NCBI GenBank assembly: GCA_050084985.1
Contig: JBITNC010000002.1
Location: 3,038,001 to 3,102,000, forward strand
Direction: 5' to 3'
Length of the DNA: 64,000 nt
Source: Nageia nagi
Taxonomy: Eukaryota > Plantae > Pinophyta
Shown: one piece after another, positions 29,101 to 40,284 of the stretch
Layout: each line of letters begins with the position of its first letter
How positions within the stretch are numbered: position 1 is the first letter of the stretch
The notes under the pieces: generated by a model
The model's input: the letters and a program-made list of their open reading frames with translations, nothing else
Told to the model about the DNA's origin: nothing
The model's database searches: none
Program-made: the position numbers and the translations under genes

Positions 29101-31679
29101 TACATTCCCGTAGAATAACGGTCCCTCTAGAAACTCTAATCTTTAATATTAAAGATTAGTAATAATACTAATGTATTGTTTAATATATCTCTGATACCTA
29201 AATGTATCTAATAATAAGACTAATATATAATTTCTAACATAACCCTGTGCATGTTTTCCATCACTAGTTTCCGTTCTTGGAAACCAAACTATGGAATATG
29301 ATGGTGTTCCTTTAAGGACTCAAGTGGCATAGACTGAATTCTCTAGAACAGATCTAGAGAGAGTGGACAACGCAAGAAGGAATAGATCAATATGAACAAC
29401 AAATAGTATGGGTGGGGACTACTCTTATGATTTGGAATCTTTGGAGGAGAGGAACAACTGAATCTTTAATAAGACTACATGAACAACTACTACATTTGGC
29501 ACAAGACTCAAGTTAACATAATAGAGTTCGCCGAACATTAGTTGAAGTGCCCTAGTGACAAATGGGAACAAAAATTGACTAGATTGGAGATAGATTCCAC
29601 AAATGATCAGACAACGGATGGCCAACTCATACCTCCCAAATAATAAGAAAGGAAAGTGGAGACTTCCTTCAGAGGGGGTTACGAAGGTCAACATGGATGG
29701 AACCTCACGAGACAACCCAGGTAGAGCAAGTGTGGTGGGGGGGCATAAGATGATGGTGTGATGGCACTCTGATGTTTTTCTGTCAGGAAATCTAGGTATC
29801 CTCTCTAATAACTTAGCATAAAGTTACACCATTCCAAGGGGGCCACAAGAAGCCCTAAAAGCGGGATGGAACAGAGTCCAAGTTGAATCGGACTCGCAAA
29901 TCCTGATCAATTGTCTGATTACTGATAAGGTTAGAAAATAAGAGTAACAGGGATTGGAGAATTGACAAAATAGTAGAAAAGATAAATCTGATTCAAAGGA
30001 TATTCGAAACAGTCGAGTTTGAGCATGTTCCTAGAGAACAAAATAGGGTAGCCAATGAAATGGCAAATTGGGCGCTTGATAGGGATAACCTTACATGCTA
30101 TGGATACCCTCCCAGATGGCGGCCACAACATTCTCGCTTTTGATGACGTTAATGCATGTTGTATCTATTTCTAAAAGTTACTATACCACATGGATCTTTT
30201 TGCATTTTGCTTATGTTAGTAGATTTGTTGAAAAGAGGAAGATCTCCATATCGATTGTAAAAACATTGCTGGAAAGCCTCTTAGCTTGGAAAGGCGAAAG
30301 GTGTATGGTTACTTCCAAATAGATGTATAGAAATTCCTTTATTTTTGAAAAAAAAATCACATGGAAATAGTATGAATTTAATTTCATTCAGTTATAAATT
30401 CAACTCAATAAATGCTAGGAAGACATTAAACCTTTGGTAAGATTTCTTGAAAACTCAGTTGCAACACAACAGATATGTGCATCAATATGCCTTTTTCATG
30501 GGAAACACTTAAGTGTCACAACACATAAAATTTGAACGCTAAATCTACAAATATATAGAAAAATAAAGTATGAAATATTTAACTTTCCTGTTTACATTAA
30601 CTTACAGGTATAGATCTGAAGGCCTTCCCACCAAATCCACCACCTACTCTTCTTGTTATAACACGAACATTATGGATCGGAACCCCCAGACACTTTGCAA
30701 TAGTCTTCTGTGTAATGCTCGGATTCTGGCATGAGCTGTAGACTATCATGCACTCATCTTCATCTGGTATAGCCAATGCAGTCTGGGTCTCTAAATAGAA
30801 ATAATATTGAGATCCAGTTCTTACCTGTTGATATCACTGTTTGAGTTAGATAAGAATTCAATGGATTATCTTTACTGTATTTTAAGTAACCGGCTCTTAT
30901 AATTCCAATATAGATCTTACGTTTTAGGGGTTAAAATTGTTAGTTCAATGGATGACCACAGCAAGTATTAATTAACCTCAGAACATGTAGGTAAATAGTT
31001 GCAAAAATCACCTCAGCAGATTCAATGCTATTGTCTGCTTCTAACATTCCTTTTGCAAAATTTCCTACGGGCTTTGGGGCAATCCATTCTGGAACTTCGA
31101 AGAAGCTATTCTTTGCCACAGCATCTTCCACGGAGAGAATTGGAGGACCTAATGTTTCACAATCATAATCTATGCTAACTTTTTCTGCTGCCTTTCTGGC
31201 ATCATGCCAAGTATTTGCAACCTAAAAGTAACAAGAACAAAAGGTAAACTTCTTAGGCAAATACTTAAAATGGATGGAGAAGTAGATATTAAAAAAAAAC
31301 AAATTGTAATTGAACTTGATCAGACTTGTGACCAAGTGCTACAATAAAACTCTATCTTGTGTAAATAAACAGAAATAAGTGTTGTTGTTTCCACTAGCAA
31401 GTCCCTGTAGTCCAATTACCACAAGACCTATTGGTTGACCAACGCATTCCACAGTATCCTCAGCAAACAGAACTTCGTCACCAAAGAAAGCCTCAGAACC
31501 TACATTTCTTCCTTGTTTAGGAATATCAAAAGTGGATATATAGGAAACCACTTTTGGATATTCTAAAACATGTTTCGTATCAACCTTTTTAACCAATGCC
31601 AGAGCCCTTTTGCTATAAACAAAAGCTCCATATAAGCAATTTTCTGGAGAAGGAATGTCATTAACATATTGGGCTTCTC
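5028..31679 (-). CDS. AAO: Aldehyde oxidase (abscisic-/indole-3-acetaldehyde oxidase family), partial multi-exon gene; N-terminal FeS/FAD exons and last exons lie outside the window; two frameshifts in the assembled sequence
   Basis: Six exons with GT-AG ends and compatible phases give GEAQYVNDIP...GSQYYFYLETQTALAIPDED...RRVGGGFGGKA...SAMRGPG...GGVEIGQG...TAGSTASE...YDCGRSLNPAVDLGQ. GGGFGGKAF (not KET) and MRGPG (not FRGFGGPQ) indicate AO rather than XDH. Confidence 0.93.
5199..5294 (-). CDS. AAO: AAO exon, 96 nt
   Basis: ttacag|GCT CAA ... AGT GAG|gtatga; AQLQSVDLSAQTFWVPDSSSSEYLNYGAAASE. Confidence 0.9.
5639..6143. repeat. ~125-bp diverged direct repeat (about 5639-5766 and 6018-6143)
   Basis: tttgattagatc...ttgtacac.ttaagcatttg...acatgaaaagaaaat.tttgttatag.atgatttcaaat.ttgac occurs twice. 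Confidence 0.85.
6448..8260 (-). mobile_element. Decayed 3' fragment of an RTE/RTEX-like LINE, interrupted by a solo LTR
   Basis: Minus frame HLCSICEMEFEDHFIF-CHVYDEI near 7930-8010 matches the 34037-35100 element; shared 3' end TTGGTCAC...ACATTAATATA plus (ATCTT)n tail; 5' boundary approximate. Confidence 0.6.
7001..7624 (-). mobile_element. Solo LTR, 624 bp
   Basis: TGTT...AACA ends; TSD GTTAC/GTTGC; minus-strand GGATGTAGCC...GGGTGAACCAC motif and TATAAATA near 7395; GC-rich GGCCGG repeats at 7545-7605. Confidence 0.8.
8795..9755 (-). CDS. AAO: AAO large Moco-binding exon, 961 nt as assembled (963 expected); two 1-bp deletions
   Basis: tgcag|GTT GCA GTT ... TTT CAG|gtatgc. ORF 8895-9791 covers most of it. 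Homology continues in shifted frames as TAGSTASEENCVAVQHACNILVERL...LSW and DLIFQ. Confidence 0.9.
14130..14570 (+). repeat. Degenerate ~30-bp tandem repeat (ACGTTG(A/G)GC core, ~120-bp higher order)
   Basis: Core recurs at about 14136, 14165, 14195, 14225, 14286, 14316, 14345, 14376, 14495, 14555. Confidence 0.7.
15361..15460 (+). repeat. 50-bp tandem duplication in the 3' LTR
   Basis: ctaggagggcttt(c/t)aggctgagggatcctaattgtctacggcattggtgc x2; single copy in the 5' LTR. Confidence 0.92.
18960..19400 (-). mobile_element. L1-type LINE relic (zf-RVT region)
   Basis: Minus frame KRVIT*DQLMKRGFHGSFKCKTC*ENEETFLHLSLECS. Confidence 0.6.
23440..28411 (+). mobile_element. Young Ty1/copia element; 5' LTR truncated (23440-23685), 3' LTR 27944-28411
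   Basis: PBS TGGTATCAGAGC at 23689-23700; PPT AAGGGGGAG before TGTTGG at 27944; only 2 mismatches seen over the shared 246 bp of LTR. Confidence 0.95.
23818..27965 (+). pseudogene. Copia gag-pol polyprotein (gag, CCHC, protease, GAG-pre-integrase, integrase, RT, RNase H); one frameshift and two stops
   Basis: ORFs 23740-25434, 25251-26897, 26919-27890: CYYCHKYGHFEKEC, WLLDTGCSNHM, HSDLCGP, LRSDRGGEF, YGLKQAPRAW, LYVDDL, ADLFTK. Frameshift at CCC 25315-25317, TGA 26895, TAG 27888. Confidence 0.95.
29245..30100 (+). mobile_element. L1-type LINE 3' relic with RNase H-like domain
   Basis: IWNLW..RNN*IF; KWRLPSEGVTKVNMDGTSRDNPGRA; VESDSQILINC; HVPREQNRVANEMANWA. Confidence 0.8.
30606..30824 (-). 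CDS. AAO: AAO exon (Moco-binding domain), 219 nt; not in ORF track
   Basis: caacag|GTA AGA ACT ... ATA CCT|gtaagt; VRTGSQYYFYLETQTALAIPDEDECMIVYSSCQNP...NVRVITRRVGGGFGGKAFRSIP. Confidence 0.93.
31012..31221 (-). CDS. AAO: AAO exon, 210 nt
   Basis: ttttag|GTT GCA AAT ... GCT GAG|gtgatt; VANTWHDARKAAEKVSIDYD...PPILSVEDAV...ADNSIESAE. Confidence 0.92.
31420..31679 (-). CDS. AAO: AAO exon (a/b hammerhead region), 260 nt
   Basis: tgcag|GA GAA GCC ... CTT GTG|gtaatt; translates (G)EAQYVNDIPSPENCLYGAFVYS...VGQPIGLV. Confidence 0.92.
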
Positions 31680-31949
31680 CTGCACATTTTGTCACCATTG
31701 TCAGGTACTACTTGCTATTTATTTGGAAAACAATGAGAAACATATATTCGCAGCTTAAGTCATAAGCAATTATTGTACCATTAATAATTGTATTTGTAAA
31801 TCAAATTTATGCAATTCACTCTACATATCATACTAATTTCAGGTGAAAAGATAGGTTTGTTTAATGTCACTATTTCAAAAGTCCATTTTTTCTGATGGTG
31901 GAATGCAAAACAAATAGCTTCTGGCCCTCTACAAGAGCTAGGTAACAAA

Positions 31950-32240
31950 GAGAATGCCAACGCTGCTTCTTGAGAAAAACATGATCTATGTTCATTATTG
32001 TGTGCAAGTTTTCTAAGATGACTATATTCATCCCATGCAACAAAACTGTTGATGATCCCAAAGCTTCTAAATTGTTTTCCAGCATGGATGGTGTCACTTT
32101 GGATCAACAGCCGTTATCATTTGTAACTACTTATTTCTTACTCATTTTGAAAAAAATTCTAGAATATTTTAGGCAGTTTGTGAAGATTTTTTACTTCATT
32201 GTATCCACAAACTTATGGTCAAACAGAAGTAGTTAACCTT
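31950..32240 (+). mobile_element. Ty3/gypsy integrase relic
   Basis: KFSKMTIFIPCNKT...YPQTYGQTEVVN. Confidence 0.7.
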
Positions 32241-33670
32241 TGTCCATGCTCTACATATACCTCACGAGCAAACTAAGCAGTTCAAGATCATTCCTTTAGA
32301 ACCATTGGATATAGGATTCTAAAGATACAGGAGTTAGACAGTTCTGGGTTACTACAGTGTCACTATCAAGTGTTTGCTTGGACCAATCTAGAGGCTATCA
32401 GATGCAAATGGGACATGACAAACAATTAAATTTCGACAGAGGAACATTTATTGGGAAACATGCCTTCAAGTTTTATAGCAATTAAAATTCATATCTGACA
32501 GATATGACCATTGGACAATGCCAAACAGTAAGTCGAAGAAGTCCTTGGACTAAGTTGGAAGCCACAAGATCGGTTCAAGAGCCCTTAGGAAGTGATACTT
32601 ACACAAAGATACATTTAATATGAATAACATGCCCCTGAAGTTTCAATCCAAAGTGAAACTATATATATGAGTCTAGTGACCAATGATATCTAAACAATCT
32701 GTCTTACGAGTTCTTAAGTGTAGAGGGCATAATTTGTACACCATACACCACGTGAAGGCATTTGTTCATTGGAGTCAATTGAGAAATTGGAATATAATGA
32801 TCCCACTCTCAAAACAAAATGATGCCCACAACAGATAATGAGGTCTCTGGATAGTCAACTGTAATTTGGGTTCACAAGGAAAAAATGATGGTAATAGTTA
32901 CACCTACCAGCAATATTGTAAATTATATGGACAGAAATGAGCCTCAGTTGAGGATATTGGATTAATACTTAGAAATACTGACATTTTAGGGCCACTGTGT
33001 AGAGAAAATTTTAGATACCCATGGGATTGACTTGTGTTGAAATAAAGTATGATGCAATTGTCAGGCCTAGGTTTACCTCCAAGATCAAATGTCATATTTC
33101 ATCCTCAAAGGATTACTAAATACATCAAATGTGTGACTCTTTGGTTTCACCTTCAAGGGTGGCCATTCATCTTCACATATGACTCCTATTCACTATTTTA
33201 TGACTCTTAGAATTCCACTAACTTACATATCTGAATTTACTAGATTTAGATTATAGTACTAATATATTACAAATATACTATATTTAGACTATAGTACAAA
33301 TATATTATAAATACCATAATTTCTAAGTATTAGATTTCTAATAATTCCTCTATTATCCGAAGGGGTGTGTAAGTCCAAACATCTTCCTGAACTTCACGAA
33401 CTTTTCCTGTTCAAGTGCCTTGGTGAAGATGTTTGCACTTTGCTCATTAGTGGAACAATGTATCAATTAAATTTTCTTGACCTGTGCATGATGTAGAATC
33501 AAATGGTATGTTGTATTGATGTGATTTGTTCAATCACAGAATTTAGGATTCTTGGCCAATACTATTTGCAGAAATCTTATCAACTAAAAGTGGAGTTGGA
33601 TGAACCCATTTCTCCTACAAATCTTCCAATATCTTCATGAGCCACACAATCTCCTTTGTTGCCTCTACAA

Positions 33671-34003
33671 CAACCACATACTTTTCCTCTATAGTGGAAT
33701 CTACTGGAATGAATAATTTTTGTGACCTCCAAGAGATAGCTATCGATCCAAGACTCATGACATAGCCTAAAGTAGAAACTCCATTCTTCTTGTCTCCATC
33801 ATCATCTGAATCTGAATATCCAACCAATTTTAGCCCAACCACATACTTTTCCTCTATAGTGGAATCTACTGGAATGAATTATTTTTGTGACCTCCAAGAG
33901 ATAGCTATCGATCCAAGATTCATGACATAGCCTAAAGTAGAAACTCCATTCTTCTTGTCTCCATCATAGTTTGAATCTAAATATCCAACCAATTTGAGCC
34001 CAA
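33671..34003. repeat. 165-bp (55-codon) tandem duplication in copia RNase H
   Basis: caaccacatacttttcctctatagtgg starts at 33671 and 33836. Confidence 0.9.
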
Positions 34004-34036
34004 GATCTTGAGTGGCTTTCAAATACCTAAGGACTC

Positions 34037-35100
34037 GCATACGTTGGTTTGCACCGATGTTGGTTTGCAAAGATTTCTGAGATGCTTCAAAGAATTGTTT
34101 TTTCTCTGGATAGATTACCTTTACCACCAGAGCACTTGTCTAGGACCTCAACTGACTCTTTGTCCATGATCCAAGAGATTATATACAGGTCCTTCATTCA
34201 GACCACTTGGATGTCTCCCCTTCAGACATTGCCATCCAAGTTAGATCACTATGCTTGCCACTCCCTTCACTTGGACATGGGTTTGATTAACCCGCCTAGA
34301 TACATCAATCTGCATCTCCCTTTTGGGTTGAGGATGTTCCTTGGATAGTTTTGAATCTGCTCCCACCAACTGAGGATTGAGACAGACCACCATATAGATC
34401 GGGAGCTACGAGTTTATCGCCTTTGCTCTCTTGAGATTGAGTTTGAGGATTACTTCGTCTTTTGGTGCTCATTCTACTATGAGATCTAAGGCTGTTACCA
34501 TTGCCTATTCTGAGACTCGCACAACTCTTTAGCCACATTCCTTCAGTACCTAGACCAAAGTTGCCTGGCTCTCTATTTTCGAGAGGCCTTCCTTCTTTGG
34601 AAGCGCCTTCTAGTTTAGGCCCAACAACCGATCGAGGTTTGACACATCACATCTTTCGTCAGAGTGCCCTCTCCTGAAGGGGCTCACAGGAGACATCGAG
34701 ACAAGCCTCCATAGCCATCTCGTTGGACCGGGAGACGTATCCAAAGAACCCAAGCTTTGTCGACAATGCGACAAATCACATCCTTCTTGACCATGAACAA
34801 TACCCCAGACACATCTCGTAACGATCCTCGAGACCCCTCTCCGGAGCTGATAGTACCACCATACTCTCCCCCTAAGAGGCCCAATACGACCCCCTCTCGA
34901 TGTATTAGATTTTGTATCTCCCTCCTTTTAGGGTTGGGACCTTTATGTGGTTGTATTTGATTATGTCATTCTCTATGCTTTTAGGTTTTTCTCTAGTTGT
35001 TGCCCAACTTGGGCTTTGCTGGCCTCATGAGCATGATTGTACATGATAGTTCCATTGGCCGCTTTTGGTCACATGAGTACATTAATATACTTCTTTTCTT
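34037..35100 (+). mobile_element. 5'-truncated RTE/RTEX-like LINE, 1064 bp
   Basis: Interrupts copia codons K-R-V-L exactly; C-terminal SHQLRIETDHHIDRELRVYRLCSLEIEFEDYFVFWCSFYYEI; 3' end TTGGTCAC...ACATTAATATA followed by a TTCTT-type tail. Confidence 0.7.
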
Positions 35101-36293
35101 TCTTTGTTGCTACCCAATGCCATTCACACAGTTTTTGCATAAACCAAGAAAGAACTCCAACCACAAATGAAATATTTGATCTTATTGTGGTTAGATAAAT
35201 AAGACTTCCTATAAGTTGTCTATATTTAATATCATCCTCAAATTGGTTCCCTTTAATTGATTTCAGCTTCAAATTTTGTTCCACTGGAGTAGAAATAGGA
35301 TTATGCCAAATCTATTTAATAATTCTCCAGTGTACTTTCTTTGGGAAATGAATATGTAACATGATGTTTGAGTCACTTCAACAGCCAAGTAGTAGTGAAG
35401 ATGTCGCATATTTGTCATTTTGAAACATTTTTCCAACTCTTGTTTTACAAATGCAATGTACCCTTCATTGTTCCTTGTTATCAAAAGGTCATCTACATAC
35501 ACCACAAGATATACAACAGTCTTGCCAACTTTCTTGACAAACAATATTGCATCATCAAGATTAAAATACTTGAAATTGATCTTCAAAAGATGCTCAATAA
35601 GATTTTCAAACCATGTGTGAGGCACTTGCTTTAGACCATACAAAGACCTGATGAGCTTGCATACCTTATGTTCTTGTCCCTTCACAACAAATCCTTTTGT
35701 TCGTGTCATGAATACATTCTATTTCATATCACCATTCAACAATATAGTCTTCACATCCATTCGATGAACTTTCCAACCATACTGAGCTGACAAACAACAA
35801 AGAACAAATGGTAGTCCATTTAGTTGTGGGAGCAAAAGTCTCATTATAATCAATACCTTCTTTTTGTACAAAATTTTTAGCCGCAAGCCTCATTTTATGT
35901 TTGTCAAGTGAGCCATTTGATTGTATTTGCTTTTGTAGACCCATTTGCAATAGGTTTGATTCCATATGGAGGATCCACCAACTTCCAAGGTGTGATGAGC
36001 CATTCTAGGGATCACTCCTCAAACGTGCCCTAGGAGAGGAACGTTTGGCTTCTTGCTCCAAAACTATCCAAAAAAGCTCAAAATTGCACAAGTATTCCAA
36101 CATCTAGCTAGGAATGATAAATTTAGTAATTATAACTCGAAAATTTACACACAAACCCAACATCTAGCCAGAGAAGCAAAATATGATTTTAACTTGCAAA
36201 AAATAATTTCAAATGCCTACATTACAAATAGGAAGCAAAAATAGGTCTTATGCTAGAAAATACACCACCAAATCCAACATCACACTTAGGGAG

Positions 36294-39200
36294 TGTTGGG
36301 AAGGAAACCTTTCCTCTTTCTTGATGATCGCCCATATGATCAAGACGGGAAAGCGACCCAGCATGTAGGTGAGAACGCGTTACTAAACTCCTTTTGTAAG
36401 GATTGATACCCCAAGGTTTCTATCGGAAAGCTCGTGTCGTTAATACGAGCTTAGATTGGTGCAGGTCTTGTTTGGAAATCAGTTGAGTGGTGTAATAGAG
36501 GTAATAACTGTTAACTCACGTTTTTGTAGGGACTGAGGTATTTTATCTTAAAATAGTTTGAAAGTTGCCAAATGTTTTTAAAGAAAGTGAAAAATAAAGA
36601 AAAGGAAAAGGGGTGAGAATGTTTTGAATACTGGTGAAATGAAAAAGAAAAGGTCACAGTGAAGCAGTGTCTACGGTTTCTTGTTTAGGATCAATCAAGA
36701 AGTTTCATTCGAAGTCCTCCAACTTAAAAATAGAATAACCTAAGTTCAATCTTCTCTTAAGAGGAGCGAGGAGGAGAGCTGATCGTTGATATTTTGCAAG
36801 AGGACCGACGGAGTCAAAAGAAAGACACGACACAAGCAGCGCGCACAGACTTAGTTTCGAATGAAGAAATCTAATTTGATGTCATAGAAACAAGAAAAGT
36901 CGAGAATAGTTCACTTACTATCCAATTATGGAAAGGCAAAGATTTGGGAGTGATTCAAAAACTTTTAAAAATTTTCAAAAATTTTTCCTAAAATTCGAGA
37001 ATTTTCAAGGAAAAGCGTTAAAGATCCTAAATCATCTCAAAAAGCTCCAAAATGGTCAAATCCACAATCCCACAAATGACAAATCTCTTCATTTCAAGTT
37101 TTCCACCACTTTGTATTAAATTTGTGAGAAAATTACAAGGATTCATCAATTTGCCAATTTTCCACAAATTAGCACTAAAAATATTTGTGCACTAAAAACA
37201 TTATCCTTCAAAAGTGACCCCCTATGGTCTATTTATAGACTTTTTAGGTCAAATTTGACGGTGTTGCCCTAGTTTCTAAAAAAGCTTCAAAATTGCTAAT
37301 TTGAATGCTAAATTGAAATTACAGTATCATTTTAGTGGGAGAACAGCCTCATCCCACTAAAGTATGCTAAAAATAAAATATTTACAAAAATTGATGTCCT
37401 TTGGTACTCATTTTGAGGCGTTTTGCATCAATTTGGTTAAAATTAGAGCTTCAAATCCTCATTTTGGATTCTTCTGATAGTCTTTTGAGCTCTTTCTTTC
37501 TTTGCATCTGGATTTGCTGATGATGTGATCATTGTGGCAAAATTTTAAGAAATTCTGAGAGAATTTTTTGAAAAAGTGGATTTTAATTTTTTTGGTTTAT
37601 TTTTTCGAAAAAGACAGGGGGGTCCGAAATTTGGAAATTTTTCAAAAAGTGGATTTGAGCTTATGGATGGATGGAGGATAGGATTATAAGATACTTGGCA
37701 AGTTTTGAGAGATTTGTAAGCTTTTAGGAGGTTTTGGGAAAGATTTGAAGTTTTGGGCAATTTTTTCCCATTTTCATGTTTGGATTTTTTGGTAGAAAAA
37801 AGTGAAAATTTCCATAGGAATGAGAAATGCCTTGTAGATTTTTGAGTGCTCTAACTTGTTCAAATTCAAAAATTCTCAAGTTTAATATGCTTAGAATGTC
37901 ATTTCCCATGCAATGAAGGCAAAATTTTTTAATTTTGAGCAAAATTTGATGTTCTTCCTCAAGTTAGGCTCTAGTATTAAATTGTATGGTTTTCCAATAG
38001 TATGAAAATTTGTGCCTAGCTTCTAGGTGCTTTAAAGTTGCTCAAGATTGAAAATTTGGAAGTTTTGATGTTCTCAAAATGCCATTTCCTTGCAAATATG
38101 TCAAAAAACTTGATTTTTGGACAAAACCTTCACATTCTCCCATGTTAGGCACCAATTTTCAGGTCTATGATTCCCAATGGCATGAAAATCTGCACCTAAC
38201 TTCTTGAGGGGTTTCCATGGCCCAAAATAAAAAATTTCAAGCGTTAAATGTGCTAGAAATGCCCTTTTCTATGCAATGAAGGGGTCCAACTCGATTTTTG
38301 AGTGAAATTTATCAAATTTTTTCACCTTAGGCACAAAAATTCAGTCCTATGGATCTTCAATGAGCCCCAAACTTATGCCTAGATATTTGTGCCCCCAAAC
38401 TTGCTCAAAAATGAAAATTTGCAAGTTTAAATGTGCTTGAAATGGGGTCTTTCATCCATTTATGCCTTCAAATTTGGTATTTAATCAAAAATCTATCTCC
38501 CTCCTTGACTTAGGTGCCAAAATTCACTTGATTGGAATTCCATTGGTATGAAAACACGCGCCTAACCTTTTGCGGCATTTCCCTTGTTCAAAAATGAAAT
38601 TTTGTAAACCTAAAGTTCCTTGGAATGCCCTTTTCCTTGCTCTCAAACCTTCAAACTTGAATTTTGCTCTAAATTTATCTTTTTTCATCATGCTAGGTGC
38701 CAAAATTCATCCCATTGGATTTCCATAGCCTTGCAAACCTGCGCCTAGCATTTTGGGCCTCAAAACTTGCTCAAAATTGATTTTTCCAAGACCTAAATGT
38801 GTTCAAAATGCCAAATTTCACTTAATGGACACCTCAAACTTGTTTTTTTACCAAATTTTGTCAAATTTTTCATTTTAAGCGCCATTTTTCACTTCATTGG
38901 ATTTCCATAGCTCCCAAAACTTGCACCTAGCCTTTAGGATGCTCAAAAGTGCTCAAAATCGAAAATTTTGAGTATTAAATGTGCTTAGAATGGTCTCTTC
39001 CTTGTTCCCAAGCATCTAAACATGTTTTTTGAGCCAAAAACACTTCATCTTGTCAATCTAGGTGCCAAAATTCATCCAATTGCATTTAGAATTATTTGGA
39101 AACTTGCACCTAGGAATTTGGGGGTCTAAACTTGTTCAAACTCGAAAAAATTAAGACCTAAAGTGCCTTGAAATCACTTCTTCCATCCATCTATGCATTC

Positions 39201-40260
39201 ACATTTGAATTTCGATGCATTTCCACTTTTCCTCCACCATCTAAGTGCCAAAAATCCTTTTTATGGTTTTCCCATACGCTTGAAAAATTGTGCCTAGGAT
39301 TTGAGTGTCTTAGACTTGGTCAAAATTGAAAATTTCAAGTCTTAATTGTGATAGAATTCATCTTATCTCTCCAATGAAGCTCTTGGACTTGAAATCCGAT
39401 ACCATTTGCACTTATGTTTGAAAAACATGCACCATTTTCCCCTCATTTGGGTCTTCAATACCTTGGGAAACCGTGCCTAGGGCTAGGGGTACTCAAACTC
39501 CCATTTTCGAGCCATCCTAGACTCAATCTATGCATTTCTATCCATTTTTCGATGTTTTCGAGCTCAAAGTCGACCAAAATGCCACTTTTGGCATCTCCAA
39601 ACTCAAACTCTTCATTTTCAATGATTTCTAAGCTGAAATGATGCAAAAACGACCATTTCCGCCTTTTAGAGCTCAAACTTGTCATTTTCCGTCATTTTTG
39701 GCACTTCCAAGCTTAAAGTGTGAAAAAACGATCATTTTCGGCCATTTTGAGCTCAACTTTGCATTTTTAACCATTTCCAAGCTTTCTAGGCTCAAATGGT
39801 GCAAAAATGCAACTATACAGACCACTTCCAGGCTCAAAATTGACCAAAATGCACCTTTTCGTGGTAATGACCATTTTTGAGCTTTTCGGGCTCATACTTG
39901 ACAAAAACGCTTGTTTTTGTTATCTTAGCTACATCCACTGCTCCCGGTCTTTGTACTTAAGAAAAACACTCAATTTCGTCACACTTGGCACTTATGAGCT
40001 TAAAACTCTGAAAAAATGACCCCATTTCCACTGATTGCACTCTAGACCAAAAATCCTTACTCTAATGCTGTCTCTTAGATCCTAGGTCCTTAGCTCCAAA
40101 ACTGGTGACTGGATACTCTGATACTCTTCAGGATCTTCATCGCGAGATCTCCTTGAATCGCTCCCTGATATCACGTTTGCATTCTTCAGAATGAATTATT
40201 TGTCACCAAAAGCCAATCTCAAGGCAATGTTCCTAATTGCCTTTGCAAAAATAGGGTTTT
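36294..40260 (-). mobile_element. Long (~4 kb) gypsy-type LTR with a tandem array in the presumed U3
   Basis: Starts TGTTGGG and aligns with 61084 onward (gataccccaaggtttctatc; tctaat.t.atgtcatagaaa); minus-strand CTATAAATAG at 37229-37238; far boundary uncertain. Confidence 0.65.
37830..39500. repeat. ~182-bp degenerate tandem array, about 9 units, most with TAGGYRC-N40-GYRCCTA
   Basis: GCGCCTA-like motif at about 38011, 38191, 38374, 38558, 38741, 38923, 39106, 39290, 39473. Confidence 0.85.
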
Positions 40261-40284
40261 GCAAGCACAACAATGGGGCCAATC

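Larger units (their letters stand above)
19452..29239 (-). mobile_element. Decayed Ty1/copia element; LTRs 29030-29239 (5') and 19452-19667 (3'); interrupted by a younger copia
   Basis: ~210-216 bp LTR pair; PBS TGGTATTAGAGC at 29018-29029; purine run next to the 3' LTR; TSD TGACC/TAACC; fragments of gag, PR (WYVDFGAS), IN (HTDLCGP, PQQNGV), RT (SLYGLKQAPRAW, YVDD), RH (ADVFTK). Confidence 0.9.
33100..36000 (-). mobile_element. Copia RT/RNase H relic with probable AT-rich 3' LTR; contains a 165-bp duplication and a LINE insertion
   Basis: SLYGLKQVP, VYVDDLLI, YRQLIGSLIYL, GYSDSD, ISWRSQK, ANIFTKAL; boundaries approximate. Confidence 0.8.

Noticed and set aside
18960-30100. Twin-primed (5'-inverted) single LINE
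   Set aside because: Both oppositely oriented pieces seem to contain the same zf-RVT/W..RN region, so two separate relics are more likely.
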